Below the pieces are notes generated by a model that was not told the DNA's origin, did no database searches, and saw only the letters and a list, made by a program, of their open reading frames with translations. From assembly GCA_002269645.1 (NCBI GenBank), contig NIVC01000283.1:310001-374000 (forward strand): a stretch of 64,000 nt of DNA, in the 5' to 3' direction. The position numbers were made by a program, and so were the translations under genes. This document shows positions 62,677 through 64,000 of the stretch, one piece after another; the stretch's first letter is position 1; every line of letters starts with the position of its first letter. Origin of the DNA: Macrostomum lignano. Taxonomy: Eukaryota.

Positions 62677-63515
62677 TGAGTGAATGGGGCAGTGAATCTG
62701 TGAGTGAGTGAATGGGGCAGTGAATCTGTAAGTGAGTGAATGGGTCAGTGAATCTGTGAGTGAGTGAATGGGGCAGTGAATCTGTGAGTGAGTGAATGAG
62801 GCAGTGAATCTGTGAGTGAGTGAATGGGGCAGTGAATTTGTGAGTGAGTGAATGGGGCAGTGAATCTGTGAGTGAGTGAATGGGGCAGTGAATCTGTAAG
62901 TGAGTGAATGGGGCAGTGAATCTGTGAGTGAGTGAATGGGACAGTGAATCTGTAAGTGAGTGAATGGACAGTGAATCTGTAAGTGAGTGAATGGGACAGT
63001 GAATCTGTAAGTGAGTGAATGGACAGTGAATCTGTAAGTGAGTGAATGGGACAGTGAATCTGTAAGTGAGTGAATGGACAGTGAATCTGTGAGTGAGTGA
63101 ATGGACAGTGAATCTGTAAGTGAGTGAATGGGACAGTGAATCTGTGAGTGAGTGAATGGGGCAGTGAATCTGTGAGTGAGTGAATGGGGCAGTGAATCTG
63201 TGAGTGAGTGAATAGGGCAGTGAATCTGTGAGTGAGTGAAAGGGGCAGTGAATCTGTGAGTTAGTGAATGAGGCAGTGATTCTGTGAGTAAGTGAATAGG
63301 GCAGTGAATCTGTGAGTAAGTGAATGGGGCAGTGAATCTGTGAGTGAGTGAATGGGGCAGTGAATTTGTGAGTGAGTGAATGGGGCAGTGAATCTGTGAG
63401 TGAGTGAATGGGGCAGTGAATCTGTGAGTGAGTGAATGGGGCAGTGAATCTGTTGGTCAATGGCTAGTGAATCTGTGAGTAGGTGAATGGGGCAGTGAAT
63501 CTGTGAGTGAGTGAA
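62677..63515. repeat. 27/28-bp minisatellite (GTGAATCTGTGAGTGAGTGAATGGGGCA)n
   Basis: About 29 units. Confidence 0.95.
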
Positions 63516-63982
63516 CTAGAAAGTTATATCACACTAAAATTAATGTTAGGTACGACCCTAATGATTGATTGACTAAAGGAACTTTTTTCGTTAAACCCGA
63601 AATGAAATATCTGAATTAGATATTTGCCGTTGGCTTGAATGTCCGGTAGCAGAGCACTTGCGCCCAACACTTTCTCGTAAACCTGACTGGATTCTTTTGA
63701 AATAGTCGCCCACTGAAATAGCCATTCATACTACTTGAAGCGGCAGAACATATGGAAACTTGGCTGGGCTCTTTGCGGTCATTGGTCACTGAAATGTGGC
63801 CAGTGAAACATTTTCTCTCCCAGAAATGAGTATAAGGCTTCTCTCACTCATTCTCTCAATCACTTGGGCTTGCCGTGAAATTCACTCCGTCTGTTCTGCT
63901 CCTGCTCTTGGACAAAAAATTTTTCGATCTCAAGTCTACGGCAGTTTCATGTAAGTGTAGAGTTTGAGACTGTTGCTTTTGC

Positions 63983-64000
63983 AGATAGATAGATAGATAG
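63983..64000. repeat. (GATA)n microsatellite (truncated by window end)
   Basis: GATAGATAGATAGATAG. Confidence 0.85.

Overview
Eukaryotic (metazoan) genomic DNA with spliceosomal GT-AG introns. Roughly 40-45% (visual estimate) is micro- and minisatellite arrays, which produce most of the ORF track as artefacts. The style (short 81-88 nt introns beside huge repeat-filled introns, polyQ/low-complexity proteins, dense minisatellites) suggests an invertebrate such as the flatworm Macrostomum; this is inference only. Supported genes: (1) the 3' end of a pancreatic-lipase-family gene with a PLAT domain (+, 1-1509); (2) an almost intronless Shaker/Kv1 potassium channel (-, 6231-4305) with a Kv1.5-like turret His and outer-pore Arg and a C-terminal ETDV; (3) a two-exon CCSER/FAM190-like coiled-coil protein (-, 40740-38927); (4) a complete six-exon, divergent bestrophin (+, 44854-61059) that has lost the RFP motif and has Arg at the aperture position. 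There is also a chain of phase-compatible orphan minus-strand exons (about 32.6 kb to 13.5/12 kb), three copies of a tRNA-derived CORE/Meta-like SINE (two in inverted orientation), several MITE-like elements, and satellite arrays with shared cores, dyads and higher-order structure. No prokaryotic-type system (CRISPR, operon of novel genes) is supported.
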